This document shows positions 43,701 through 59,502 of a stretch of DNA of 64,000 nt, one piece after another. The translations under genes were made by a program, and so were the position numbers. The stretch covers positions 373,922,001 through 373,986,000 of the forward strand of contig OZ024742.1 in NCBI GenBank assembly GCA_964016885.1. Reading direction: 5' to 3'. Below the pieces are notes generated by a model. It was not told where the DNA came from, ran no database searches, and saw only the letters and a list, made by a program, of their open reading frames with translations. This DNA is from Eledone cirrhosa (lineage: Eukaryota). Within the stretch, counting starts at the first letter, position 1. Each line of letters begins with the position of its first letter.

Positions 43701-43899
43701 ACATAGCCTCTTTACAGTGTAGACTGAACACTTTTTGTCATGACAACAACACAACCTCGATACAGTGTAGACTGAGCACTTTTTTTCATGACACCAACAC
43801 AGCCTCTTTACAGTGTGAACTGAGCACTTTTTGTCATGACACCAACACAGCCTGTTTACAGTGTGAACTGAGCACTTTTTGTCATGACATCAACACAAC

Positions 43900-46800
43900 C
43901 TCTTTACAGTGTGGACTGAGCGCTTTTTGTCACGACATCAACACAACCTCTTTACAGTGTGGACTGAGTGTTTTTTGTCATGACACAAACACAACCTCTT
44001 TACAATTTTGGACTGAGCACTTTTTGTCATGACACCAACGCAGCCTCTTTTCAGTGTGGACTGAGTGCTTTTTGTCATGACACCAACACAGCCTCGTTAC
44101 AGTGTGGACTGAGCGCTTTTTGTCATGATACCAACACAACCTCTTTACAGTGTGGACTGAGCGCTTTTTGTCATGACAGCAACGCAGCCTCTTTACAGTG
44201 TGGAGTGAGCGCTTTTTGTCATGACACCAACACAGCCTCTTTACAGTGTGGACTGAGCGCTTTTTGTCATAACACCAACACAACCTCTTTACAGTGTGAA
44301 CTGAGCACTTTTTGTCATGAAACCAACACAACCTCGTTACAGTGTGGACTGAGCGCTTTTTGTCATGATACCAACACAATCTCGTTACAGTGTGAACTGA
44401 GCACTTTTTCTCATGACACCAACCCAACCTCTTTACAGTGTGAACTGAGCACTTTTTGTCATGACACCAACATAGCCTCTTTACAGTGTAGACTGAACAC
44501 TTTTTGTCATGACACCAACACAGCCTCTTTACAGTGTGAACTGAGCACTTTTTGTCATGACACCAACACAACCACTTTTCAGTGTGGACTGAGCGCTTTT
44601 TGTCATGCCACCAACATAGCCTCGTTAGAGTGTGGACTGAGGGCTTTTTTCATGACAACAACACAACCTCGATACAGTGTAGACTGAGCACTTTTTTTCA
44701 TGACACCAACACAGCCTCTTTACAGTGTGAACTGAGCACTTTTTGTCATGACACCAACACAACCTCTTTACAGTGTGGACTGAGGGCTTTTTGTAGTGAC
44801 ACTAATACAACCTCTTTACAGTGTGAACTGAGCACTTTTTGTCATGTCACCAACACAACCTCGATACAGTGTTAACTGAGCACTTTTTGTCATGATACCA
44901 ACACAACCTCTTTACAGTGTGGACTGAGCACTTTTTGTCATGACACCAACACAACCTCTTTACAGTGTGGACTGAGCACTTTTTGTCATGACATCAACAC
45001 AACCTCTTTACAGTGTGAACTGAGCGCTTTTTGTAGTGACACCAACACAACCTCTTTACATTGTGAACTGAGCACTTTTTTTCATGACACTAAGACAACC
45101 TCTTTACAGTGTGAACTGAGCACTTTTTGTCATGACACCAACACAACCTCTTTACAATGTGAACTGATCACTTTTTGTCATGATACCAACACCTCTTTAC
45201 AGTGTGAACTGAGCACTTTTTGTCATGATACCAACACAACCTCTTTACAGTGTGATCTGAGCACTTTTTGTCATGATACCAACACAACCTCTTTACAGTC
45301 TGGACAGAGCGCTTTTTGTCATGACACCAACACAGCCTCTTTACAGTGTGAACTGAGCACTTTTTGTCTGACACCAACACAATCTCGATACAGTGTGAAC
45401 TGAGCACTTTTTGTCATGACACCAACGTAATCTCTGTACAGTGTGGACTGAGCACTTTTTGTCATGACACCAACACAGCCTCTTTACAGTGTGGTCTGAG
45501 CACTTTTTGTCATGACACCAACACAACCTGTTACAGTGTAAACTGAGCATTTTTTGTCATGACACCAACACAGCCTGTTACAGTGTGAACTGAGCACTTT
45601 TTGTCATGACACCAACACAGCCTCTTTACAGTGTGGACTGAGCGCTTTTTGTAGTGACACTAATACAACCTCTTTACAGTGTGCACTGAGCACTTTTTGT
45701 CATGACACCAACACAACCTCGATACAATGTAGACTGAGCACTTTTTGTCATGACACCAACACAACCTCGATACAGTGTAGACTGAGCACTTTTTGTCATG
45801 ACACCAACACAACCTCTTTACAGTGTGGACTGAGCACTTTTTGTCATGACACCAACACAGCCTCTTTACAGTGTGGACTGAGCACTTTTTGTCATGACAC
45901 CAACACAGCCTGTTACAGTGTGAACTGAGCACTTTTTGTCATGATACCAACACAACCTCTTTACAGTGTGGACTGAGCACTTTTTGTCATGACACCAACA
46001 CAACCTCTTTACAGTGTGGACTGAGCACTTTTTGTCATGACACCAACACAGCCTGTTACAGTGTGAACTGAGCACTTTTTGTCATGATACCAACACAACC
46101 TCTTTACAGTGTGGACTGAGCACTTTTTGTCATGACACCAACACAACCTCTTTACAGTGTGGACTGAGCACTTTTTGTCATGACATCAACACAACCTCTT
46201 TACAGTGTGAACTGAGCGCTTTTTATAGTGACACCAACACAACCTCTTTACAGTGTGAACTGGGCACTTTTTTTCATGACACTAAGACAACCTCTTTACA
46301 GTGTGAACTGAGCACTTTTTGTCATGACACCAACACAACCTCTTTACAATGTGAACTGATCACTTTTTGTCATGATACCAACACCTCTTTACAGTGTGAA
46401 CTGAGCACTTTTTGTCATGATACCAACAAAACCTCTTTACAGTGTGAACTGAGCGCTTTTTGTCATGACAGCAACACAACCGCTTTACAGTGTGGACTGA
46501 GCCTTTTTCGTCATGAAACCAACACAACCTCGTTACAGTGTGGACTGAGCGCTTTTTGTCATGATACCAACACAATCTCGTTACAGTGTGAACTGAGCAC
46601 TTTTTCTCATGACACCAACCCAACCTCTTTACAGTGTGAACTGAGCACTTTTTGTCATGACACCAACATAGCCTCTTTACAGTGTAGACTGAACACTTTT
46701 TGTCATAACAACAACACAACCTCGATACAGTGTAGACTGAGCACTTTTTTTCATGACACCAACACAGCCTCTTTACAGTGTGAACTGAGCACTTTTTGTC

Positions 46801-49100
46801 ATGACACCAACACAGCCTGTTTACAGTGTGAACTGAGCACTTTTTGTCATGACATCAACACAACCTCTTTACAGTGTGGACTGAGCGCTTTTTGTCACGA
46901 CATCAACACAACCTCTTTACAGTGTGGACTGAGTGTTTTTTGTCATGACACAAACACAACCTCTTTACAATTTTGGACTGAGCACTTTTTGTCATGACAC
47001 CAACGCAGCCTCTTTTCAGTGTGGACTGAGTGCTTTTTGTCATGACACCAACACAGCCTCTTTACAGTGTGGAGTGAGCGCTTTTTGTCATGACACCAAC
47101 ACAGCCTCTTTACAGTGTGGACTGAGCGCTTTTTGTCATAACACCAACACAACCTCTTTACAGTGTGAACTGAGCACTTTTTGTCATGAAACCAACACAA
47201 CCTCGTTACAGTGTGGACTGAGTGATTTTTGTCATGATACCAACACAATCTCGTTACAGTGTGAACTGAGCACTTTTTCTCATGACACCAACCCAACCTC
47301 TTTACAGTGTGAACTGAGCACTTTTTGTCATGACACCAACATAGCCTCTTTACAGTATAGACTGAACACTTTTTGTCATGACACCAACACAACCTCTTTA
47401 CAGTGTGAACTGAGCGCTTTTTGTCATGATACCAACACAACCTCTTTACAGTGTGGACTGAGCACTTTTTGTCATGACACCAACATAGCCTCGTTAGAGT
47501 GTGGACTGAGGGCTTTTTTCTTGACAACAACACAACCTCGATACAGTGTAGACTGAGCACTTTTTTTCATGACACCAACACAGCCTCTTTACAGTGTGAA
47601 CTGAGCACTTTTTGTCATGACACCAACACAACCTCTTTACAGTGTGGACTGAGGGCTTTTTGTAGTGACACTAATACAACCTCTTTACAGTGTGAACTGA
47701 GCACTTTTTGTCATGTCACCAACACAACCTCGATACAGTGTAGACTGAGCACTTTTTGTCATGACACCAACACAACCTCGATACAGTGTAGACTGAGCAC
47801 TTTTTGTCATGACACCGAACACAACCTCTTTACAGTGTGGACTGAGCACTTTTTGTCATGACACCAACACAGCCTCTTTACAGTGTGGACTCAGCACTTT
47901 TTGTCATGACACCAACACAGCCTGTTACAGAGTTAACTGAGCACTTTTTGTCATGATACCAACACAACCTCTTTACAGTGTGGATTGAGCACTTTTTGTC
48001 ATGACACCAACACAACCTCTTTACAGTGTGGACTGAGCACTTTTTGTCATGACATCAACACAACCTCTTTACAGTGTGAACTGAGCGCTTTTTGTAGTGA
48101 CACCAACACAACCTCTTTACAGTGTGAACTGAGCACTTTTTTTCATGACACTAAGACAACCTCTTTACAGTGTGAACTGAGCACTTTTTGTCATGACACC
48201 AACACAACCTCTTTACAATGTGAACTGATCACTTTTTGTCATGATACCAACACCTCTTTACAGTGTGAACTGAGCACTTTTTGTCATGATACCAACACAA
48301 CCTCTTTACAGTGTGATCTGAGCACTTTTTGTCATGATACCAACACAACCTCTTTACAGTCTGGACAGAGCGCTTTTTGTCATGACACCAACACAGCCTC
48401 TTTACAGTGTGAACTGAGCACTTTTTGTCTGACACCAACACAATCTCGATACAGTGTGAACTGAGCACTTTTTGTCATGACACCAACACAATCTCTGTAC
48501 AGTGTGGACTGAGCACTTTTTGTCATGACACCAACACAGCCTCTTTACAGTGTGGTCTGAGCACTTTTTGTCATGACACCAACACAACCTGTTACAGTGT
48601 AAACTGAGCATTTTTTGTCATGACACCAACACAGCCTGTTACAGTGTGAACTGAGCACTTTTTGTCATGACACCAACACAGCCTCTTTACAGTGTGGACT
48701 GAGCGGTTTTTGTAGTGACACTAATACAACCTCTTTACAGTGTGAACTGAGCACTTTTTGTCATGACACCAACACAACCTCGATACAATGTAGACTGAGC
48801 ACTTTTTGTCATGACACCAACACAACCTCGATACAGTGTAGACTGAGCACTTTTTGTCATGACACCAACACAACCTCTTTACAGTGTGGACTGAGCACTT
48901 TTTGTCATGACACCAACACAGCCTCTTTACAGTGTGGACTGAGCACTTTTTGTCATGACACCAACACAGCCTGTTACAGTGTGAACTGAGCACTTTTTGT
49001 CATGATACCAACACAACCTCTTTACAGTGTGGACTGAGCACTTTTTGTCATGACACCAACACAACCTCTTTACAGTGTGGACTGAGCACTTTTTGTCATG
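43900..49100. repeat. Further diverged copies of the ~3-kb unit (offset 3,061 bp in the distal part)
   Basis: ORF pairs 45168/48229, 45341/48402 and 45660/48721, plus related ORFs 43968/46933. Confidence 0.8.
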
Positions 49101-52100
49101 ACATCAACACAACCTCTTTACAGTGTGAACTGAGCGCTTTTTGTAGTGACACCAACACAACCTCTTTACAGTGTGAACTGAGCACTTTTTGTCTGACACC
49201 AACACAATCTCGATACAGTGTGGACTGAGCACTTTTTGTCATGACACCAACACAGCCTCTTTACAGTGTGAACTGAGCACTTTTTGTCATGACACCAACA
49301 CAGCCTGTTACAGTGTGAACTGAGCACTTTTTGTCATCACACCAACACAACCTCTTTACAGTGTGAACTGAGCACTTTTTGTCATGACACCAACACAGCC
49401 TGTTACAGTGTGAACTGAGCACTTTTTGTCATGACACCAACACAGCCTCTTTACAGTGTGAACTGAGCACTTTTTGTCATGACACCAACACAACCTCTTT
49501 ACAGTGTGGACTGAGCACTTTTTGTCATGACACCAACACAACCTCTTTACAGTGTGGACTGAGCACTTTTTGTCATTACACCAACACAACCTCTTTACAG
49601 TGTGAACTGAGCACTTTTTGTCTAGACATCAACACAACCTCTTTACAGTGTGAACTGAGCGCTTTTTGTAGTGACACTAAGACAACCTCTTTACAGTGTG
49701 AACTGATCACTTTTTGTCATGACACCAACACAACCTCTTTACAATGTGAACTGATCACTTTTTGTCATGATACCAACACCTCTTTACAGTGTGAACTGAG
49801 CACTTTTTGTCATGATACCAACACAACCTCTTTACAGTGTGATCTGAGCACTTTTTGTCATGATACCAACACAACCTCTTTACAGTTTGAACTGAGCACT
49901 TTTTGTCATGATACCAACACAACCTCTTTACAGTGTGAACTGAGCACTTTTTGTCATGATACCAACACAACCTCTTTACAGTGTGATCTGAGCACTTTTT
50001 GTCATGATACCAACACAACCTCTTTACAGTGTGAACTGAGCACTTTTTGTCATGATACCAACACAACCTCTTTACAGTGTGATCTGAGCACTTTTTGTCA
50101 TGACACCAACACAACCTCTTTACAGTGTGGACTGAGCGCTTTTTGTCATGACATTAACACAACCACTTTACAGTGTGGACAGAGCGCTTTTTGTCATAAC
50201 ACCAACACAGCCTCTTTACAGTGTGAACTGATCACTCTTTGTCTGACACCAACACAACCTCGATACAGTGTGAACTGAGCACTTTTTGTCATGACACCAA
50301 CACAACCTCTTTACAGTGTGGACTGAGCACTTTTTGTCATGACACAAACACAACCTCTTTACAGAGTGGACTGGGCACTTTTTGTCATTACACTAACACA
50401 ACCTCTTTACAGTGTGGACTGAGCGCTTTTTGTCATGATATTAACACAACCACTTTACAGTGTGGACTGAGCACTTTTTCTCATGACATCAACACAACCA
50501 CTTTACAGTGTGGACTGAGCACTTTTTGTCATGACACAAACACAACCTCTTTACAGTGTGGACTGAGCGCTTTTTGTCAAGACACCAACATAGCCTCTTT
50601 AGAGTGTGGACTGGGGGCTTTTTGTCATGACAGCAACACAGCCTCTTTACAGTGTGGACTGAGCACTTTTTGTCATGACAGCAACACAGCCTCTTTACAG
50701 TGTGAACTGAGCACTTTTTGTCATGACCCCAACACAACCTCTTTACAGTGTGGACTGAGCACTTTTTGTCATGACACCAACACAACCTCCTTACAGTATG
50801 GACTGAGCGCTTTTTGTCACGACACAAACACAACCTCTTTACAGTGTGAACTGAGCACTTTTTGTCATGACATCAACACAACTTCTTTACAGTGTCGACT
50901 GAGCACTTTTTATCATGACACCAACACAACCTCTTTACAGTGTGAACTGAGCACTTTTTGTCATGACATCAACACAACCTCTTTACAGTGTGGACTGAGC
51001 GCTTTTTGTAGTGACACTAATACAACCTCTTTACAGTGTGAACTGAGCACTTTTTGTCATGTCACCAACACAACCTCGATACAGTGTAGACTGAGCACTT
51101 TTTGTCATGACACCAACACAACCTCGATACAGTGTAGACTGAACACTTTTTGTCATGACACCAACACAGCCTCTTTACAGTGTGGACTGAGCACTTTTTG
51201 TCATGACACCAACACAGCCTGTTACAGTGTGAACTGAGCACTTTTTGTCATGACATCAACACAACCTCTTTACAGTGTGAACTGAGCGCTTTTTGTAGTG
51301 ACACCAACACAACCTCTTTACAGTGTGAACTGAGCACTTTTTTTCATGACACTAAGACAACCTCTTTACAGTGTGAACTGAGCAATTTTTGTCATGACAC
51401 CAACACAACCTCTTTACAATGTGAACTGATCACTTTTTGTCATGATACCAACACCTCTTTACAGTGTGAACTGAGCACTTTTTGTCATGATACCAACACA
51501 ACCTCTTTACAGTGTGATCTGAGCACTTTTTGTCATGATACCAACACAACCTCTTTACAGTCTGGACAGAGCGCTTTTTGTCATGACACCAACACAGCCT
51601 CTTTACAGTGTGAACTGAGCACTTTTTGTCTGACACCAACACAATCTCGATACAGTGTGAACTGAGCACTTTTTGTCATGACACCAACACAATCTCTTTA
51701 CAGTGTGGTCTGAGCACTTTTTGTCATGACACCAACACAACCTGTTACAGTGTAAACTGAGCATTTTTTGTCATGACACCAACACAGCCTGTTACAGTGT
51801 GAACTGAGCACTTTTTGTAGTGACACTAATACAACCTCTTTACAGTGTGAACTGAGCACTTTTTATCATGACACCAACACAACCTCGATACAATGTAGAC
51901 TGAGCACTTTTTGTCATGACACCAACACAACCTCGATACAGTGTAGACTGAGCACTTTTTGTCATGACACCAACACAACCTCTTTACAGTGTGGACTGAG
52001 CACTTTTTGTCATGACATCAACACAACCTCTTTACAGTGTGAACTGAGCGCTTTTTGTAGTGACACCAACACAACCTCTTTACAGTGTGAACTGAGCACT

Positions 52101-54751
52101 TTTTTTCATGACATTAAGACAACCTCTTTACAGTGTGAACTGAGCACTTTTTGTCATGACACCAACACAACCTCTTTACAATGTGAACTGATCACTTTTT
52201 GTCATGATACCAACACCTCTTTACAGTGTGAACTGAGCATTTTTTGTCATGATACCAACACAACCTCTTTACAGTGTGATCTGAGCACTTTTTGTCATGA
52301 TACCAACACAAACTATTTACAGTGTGGACAGAGCGCTTTTTGTCATGACACCAACATAGCCTCTTTACAGTGTGAACTGAGCACTTTTTGTCTGACACCA
52401 ACACAATCTCGATACAGTGTGAACTGAGCACTTTTTGTCATTACACTAACACAATCTCTTTACAGTGTGGACTGAGCACTTTTTGTCATGACACCAACAC
52501 AGCCTCTTTACAGTGTGGACTGAGCACTTTTTGTCATGACACCAACACAGCCTCTTTACAGTGTGAACTGAGCACTTTTTGTCATGACACCAACACAGCC
52601 TGTTACAGTGTGAACTGAGCACTTTTTGTCATCACACCAACACAACCTCTTTACAGTGTGAACTGAGCACTTTTTGTCATGACACCAACACAGCCTGTTA
52701 CAGTGTGAACTGAGCACTTTTTGTCATGACACCAACACAGCCTCTTTACAGTGTGAACTGAGCACTTTTTGTCATGACACCAACACAACCTCTTTACAGT
52801 GTGGACTGAGCACTTTTTGTCATGACACCAACACAACCTCTTTACAGTGTGGACTGAGCACTTTTTGTCATTACACCAACAAAACCTCTTTACAGTGTGA
52901 ACTGAGCACTTTTTGTCTAGACATCAACACAACCTCTTTACAGTGTGAACTGAGCGCTTTTTGTAGTGACACTAAGACAACCTCTTTACAGTGTGAACTG
53001 ATCACTTTTTGTCATGACACCAACACAACCTCTTTACAATGTGAACTGATCACTTTTTGTCATGATACCAACACCTCTTTACAGTGTGAACTGAGCACTT
53101 TTTGTCATGATACCAACACAACCTCTTTACAGTGTGATCTGAGCACTTTTTGTCATGATACCAACACAACCTCTTTACAGTGTGATCTGAGCACTTTTTG
53201 TCATGATACCAACACAACCTCTTTACAGTGTGAACTGAGCACTTTTTGTCATGATACCAACAAAACCTCTTTACAGTGTGATCTGAGCACTTTTTGTCAT
53301 GACACCAACACAACCTCTTTACAGTGTGGATTGAGCGCTTTTTGTCATGACATTAACACAACCACTTTACAGTGTGGACAGAGCGCTTTTTGTCATGACA
53401 CCAACACAGCCTCTTTACAGTGTGAACTGAGCACTTTTTGTCTGACACCAACACAACCTCGATACAGTGTGAACTGAGCACTTTTTGTCATGACACCAAC
53501 ACAACCTCTTTACAGTGTGGACTGAGCACTTTTTGTCATGACACAAACACAACCTCTTTACAGAGTGGACTGGGCACTTTTTGTCATTACACTAACACAA
53601 CCTCTTTACAGTGTGGACTGAGCGCTTTTTGTCATGATATTAACACAACCACTTTACAGTGTGGACTGAGCACTTTTTCTCATGACATCAACACAACCGC
53701 TTTACAGTGTGGACTGAGCACTTTTTGTCATGACACAAACACAACCTCTTTACAGTGTGGACTGAGCGCTTTTTGTCAAGACACCAACATAGCCTCTTTA
53801 GAGTGTGGACTGGGGGCTTTTTGTCATGACAGCAACACAGCCTCTTTACAGTGTGGACTGAGCACTTTTTGTCATGACAGCAACACAGCCTCTTTACAGT
53901 GTGAACTGAGCACTTTTTGTCATGACCCCAACACAACCTCTTTGCAGTGTGGACTGAGCACTTTTTGTCATGACACCAACACAACCTCCTTACAGTGTGG
54001 ACTGAGCGCTTTTTGGCACGACACAAACGCAACCTCTTTACAGTGTGAACTGAGCACTTTTTGTCATGACATCAACACAACTTCTTTACAGTGTCGACTG
54101 AGCACTTTTTATTATGACACCAACACAACCTCTTTACAGTGTGAACTGAGCACTTTTTGTCATGACATCAACACAACCTCTTTACAGTGTGGACTGAGCA
54201 CTTTTTGTCAAGACACTAACACAACCTCTTTACAGTGTGGACTGAGCGCTTTTTGTCATGACAGCAACACAGCCTCTTTACAGTGTGGACTGAGCCTTTT
54301 TTGTAATGACACCAACACAATCTCGTTACAGTGTGGACTGAGCGCTTTTTGTCATGATACCAACACAGTCTCGTTACAGTGTGAACTGAGCACTTTTTGT
54401 CATCACACCAACACAACCTCTTTACAGTGTGGACTGAGCACTTTTTATCATGACACAAACACAACCTCTTTACAGAGTGGACTGGGCACTTTTTGTCATT
54501 ACACTAACACAACCTCTTTACAGTGTGGACTGAGCGCTTTTTGTCCTGACATTAACACAACCACTTTACAGTGTGGACTGAGAACTTTTTCTCATGACAT
54601 CAACAGAACCACTTTACAGTGTGGACTGAGCACTTTTTGTCATGACACAAACACAACCTCTTTACAGTGTGGACTGAGCGGTTTTTGTCAAGACACCAAC
54701 ATAGCCTCTTTAGAGTGTGGACAGGGGGCTTTTTGTCATGACAGCAACACA

Positions 54752-57700
54752 ACCTCTTTACAGTGTGAACTGAGCACTTTTTGTCATGATACCAACACAA
54801 CCTCTTTACAGTGTGAACTGAGCACTTTTTGTCATGACACCAACACAGCCTGTTACAGTGTGAGCTGAGCACTTTTTGTCATGACACCAACACAGCCTCT
54901 TTACAGTGTGAACTGAGCACTTTTTGTCATGACACCAACACAACCTCTTTACAGTGTGGACTGAGCACTTTTTGTCATGACACCAACACAACCTCTTTAC
55001 AGTGTGGACTGAGCACTTTTTGTCATTACACCAACACAACCTCTTTACAGTGTGAACTGAGCACTTTTTGTCTAGACATCAACACAACCTCTTTACAGTG
55101 TGAACTGAGCGCTTTTGTAGTGACACTAAGACAACCTCTTTACAGTGTGAACTGATCACTTTTTGTCATGACACCAACACAACCTCTTTACAATGTGAAC
55201 TGATCACTTTTTGTCATGATACCAACACCTCTTTACAGTGTGAACTGAGCACTTTTTGTCATGATACCAACACAACCTCTTTACAGTGTGATCTGAGCAC
55301 TTTTTGTCATGATACCAACACAACCTCTTTACAGTGTGAACTGAGCACTTTTTGTCATGATACCAACACAACCTCTTTACAGTGTGATCTGAGCACTTTT
55401 TGTCATGATACCAACACAACCTCTTTACAGTGTGAACTGAGCACTTTTTGTCATGATACCAACACAACCTCTTTACAGTGTGATCTGAGCACTTTTTGTC
55501 ATGACACCAACACAACCTCTTTACAGTGTGGACTGAGCGCTTTTTGTCATGACATTAACACAACCACTTTACAGTGTGGACAGAGCGCTTTTTGTCATGA
55601 CACCAACACAGCCTCTTTACAGTGTGAACTGAGCACTTTTTGTCTGACACCAACACAACCTCGATACAGTGTGAACTGAGCACTTTTTGTCATGACACCA
55701 ACACAACCTCTTTACAGTGTGGACTGAGCACTTTTTGTCATGACACAAACACAACCTCTTTACAGAGTGGACTGGGCACTTTTTGTCATTACACTAACAC
55801 AACCTCTTTACAGTGTGGACTGAGCGCTTTTTGTCATGATATTAACACAACCACTTTACAGTGTGGACTGAGCACTTTTTCTCATGACATCAACACAACC
55901 GCTTTACAGTGTGGACTGAGCACTTTTTGTCATGACACAAACACAACCTCTTTACAGTGTGGACTGAGCGCTTTTTGTCAAGACACCAACATAGCCTCTT
56001 TAGAGTGTGGACTGGGGGCTTTTTGTCATGACAGCGACACAGCCTCTTTACAGTGTGGACTGAGCACTTTTTGTCATGACAGCAACACAGCCTCTTTACA
56101 GTGTGAACTGAGCACTTTTTGTCATGACCCCAACATAACCTCTTTGCAGTGTGGACTGAGCACTTTTTATTATGACACCAACACAACCTCCTTACAGTGT
56201 GGACTGAGCGCTTTTTGGCACGACACAAACACAACCTCTTTACAGTGTGAACTGAGCACTTTTTGTCATGACATCAACACAACTTCTTTACAGTGTCGAC
56301 TGAGCACTTTTTATTATGACACCAGCACAACCTCTTTACAGTGTGAACTGAGCACTTTTTGTCATGACATCAACACAACCTCTTTACAGTATGGACTGAG
56401 CACTTTTTGTCAAGACACTAACATTACCTCTTTACAGTGTGGACTGAGCGCTTTTTGTCATGACAGCAACACAGCCTCTTTACAGTGTGGACTGAGCCTT
56501 TTTTGTATTGACACCAACACAATCTCGTTACAGTGTGGACTGAGCGCTTTTTGTCATGATACCAACACAGTCTCGTTACAGTGTGAACTGAGCTCTTTTT
56601 GTCATCACACCAACACAACCTCTTTACAGTGTGGACTGAGCACTTTTTATCATGACACAAACACAACCTCTTTACAGAGTGGACTGGGCACTTTTTGTCA
56701 TTACACTAACACAACCTCTTTACAGTGTGGACTGAGCGCTTTTTGTCCTGACATTAACAGAACCACTTTACAGTGTGGACTGAGAACTTTTTCTCATGAT
56801 ACCAACACAACCTCTTTACAGTGTGATCTGAGCACTTTTTGTCATGATACCAACACAACCTCTTTACAGTGTGGACTGAGCACTTTTTGTCATTACACCA
56901 ACACAACCTCTTTACAGTGTGAACTGAGCACTTTTTGTCTAGACATCAACACAACCTCTTTACCGTGTGAACTGAGCGCTTTTTGTAGTGACACTAAGAC
57001 AACCTCTTTACAGTGTGAACTGATCACTTTTTGTCATGACACCAACACAACCTCTTTACAATGTGAACTGATCACTTTTTGTCATGATACCAACACCTCT
57101 TTACAGTGTGAACTGAGCACTTTTTGTCATGATACCAACACAACCTCTTTACAGTGTGAACTGAGCACTTTTTGTCATGACACCAACACAGCCTGTTACA
57201 GTGTGAGCTGAGCACTTTTTGTCATGACACCAACACAGCCTCTTTACAGTGTGAACTGAGCACTTTTTGTCATGACACCAACACAACCTCTTTACAGTGT
57301 GGACTGAGCACTTTTTGTCATGACACCAACACAACCTCTTTACAGTGTGGACTGAGCACTTTTTGTCATTACACCAACACAACCTCTTTACAGTGTGAAC
57401 TGAGCACTTTTTGTCTAGACATCAACACAACCTCTTTACAGTGTGAACTGAGCGCTTTTGTAGTGACACTAAGACAACCTCTTTACAGTGTGAACTGATC
57501 ACTTTTTGTCATGACACCAACACAACCTCTTTACAATGTGAACTGATCACTTTTTGTCATGATACCAACACCTCTTTACAGTGTGAACTGAGCACTTTTT
57601 GTCATGATACCAACACAACCTCTTTACAGTGTGATCTGAGCACTTTTTGTCATGATACCAACACAACCTCTTTACAGTGTGAACTGAGCACTTTTTGTCA

Positions 57701-59502
57701 TGATACCAACACAACCTCTTTACAGTGTGATCTGAGCACTTTTTGTCATGATACCAACACAACCTCTTTACAGTGTGAACTGAGCACTTTTTGTCATGAT
57801 ACCAACACAACCTCTTTACAGTGTGATCTGAGCACTTTTTGTCATGACACCAACACAACCTCTTTACAGTGTGGACTGAGCGCTTTTTGTCATGACATTA
57901 ACACAACCACTTTACAGTGTGGACAGAGCGCTTTTTGTCATGACACCAACACAGCCTCTTTACAGTGTGAACTGAGCACTTTTTGTCTGACACCAACACA
58001 ACCTCGATACAGTGTGAACTGAGCACTTTTTGTCATGACACCAACACAACCTCTTTACAGTGTGGACTGAGCACTTTTTGTCATGACACAAACACAACCT
58101 CTTTACAGAGTGGACTGGGCACTTTTTGTCATTACACTAACACAACCTCTTTACAGTGTGGACTGAGCGCTTTTTGTCATGATATTAACACAACCACTTT
58201 ACAGTGTGGACTGAGCACTTTTTCTCATGACATCAACACAACCGCTTTACAGTGTGGACTGAGCACTTTTTGTCATGACACAAACACAACCTCTTTACAG
58301 TGTGGACTGAGCGCTTTTTGTCAAGACACCAACATAGCCTCTTTAGAGTGTGGACTGGGGGCTTTTTGTCATGACAGCGACACAGCCTCTTTACAGTGTG
58401 GACTGAGCACTTTTTGTCATGACAGCAACACAGCCTCTTTACAGTGTGAACTGAGCACTTTTTGTCATGACCCCAACATAACCTCTTTGCAGTGTGGACT
58501 GAGCACTTTTTATTATGACACCAACACAACCTCCTTACAGTGTGGACTGAGCGCTTTTTGGCACGACACAAACACAACCTCTTTACAGTGTGAACTGAGC
58601 ACTTTTTGTCATGACATCAACACAACTTCTTTACAGTGTCGACTGAGCACTTTTTATTATGACACCAACACAACCTCTTTACAGTGTGAACTGAGCACTT
58701 TTTGTCATGACATCAACACAACCTCTTTACAGTATGGACTGAGCACTTTTTGTCAAGACACTAACATTACCTCTTTACAGTGTGGACTGAGCGCTTTTTG
58801 TCATGACAGCAACACAGCCTCTTTACAGTGTGGACTGAGCCTTTTTTGTATTGACACCAACACAATCTCGTTACAGTGTGGACTGAGCGCTTTTTGTCAT
58901 GATACCAACACAGTCTCGTTACAGTGTGAACTGAGCTCTTTTTGTCATCACACCAACACAACCTCTTTACAGTGTGGACTGAGCACTTTTTATCATGACA
59001 CAAACACAACCTCTTTACAGAGTGGACTGGGCACTTTTTGTCATTACACTAACACAACCTCTTTACAGTGTGGACTGAGCGCTTTTTGTCCTGACATTAA
59101 CAGAACCACTTTACAGTGTGGACTGAGAACTTTTTCTCATGATACCAACACAACCTCTTTACAGTGTGATCTGAGCACTTTTTGTCATGATACCAACACA
59201 ACCTCTTTACAGTGTGGACTGAGCACTTTTTGTCATTACACCAACACAACCTCTTTACAGTGTGAACTGAGCACTTTTTGTCTAGACATCAACACAACCT
59301 CTTTACCGTGTGAACTGAGCGCTTTTTGTAGTGACACTAAGACAACCTCTTTACAGTGTGAACTGATCACTTTTTGTCATGACACCAACACAACCTCTTT
59401 ACAATGTGAACTGATCACTTTTTGTCATGATACCAACACCTCTTTACAGTGTGAACTGAGCACTTTTTGTCATGATACCAACACAACCTCTTTACAGTGT
59501 GA
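54752..59502. repeat. Tandem duplication, 2,343-bp period; related units near 50239, 53438, 59899, 61242 and 62680
   Basis: ORF pairs 54806/57149, 55204/57547, 55640/57983 and 56424/58767. I noticed one difference between copies (ACCAGC at ~56321 vs ACCAAC at ~58664). Confidence 0.9.
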
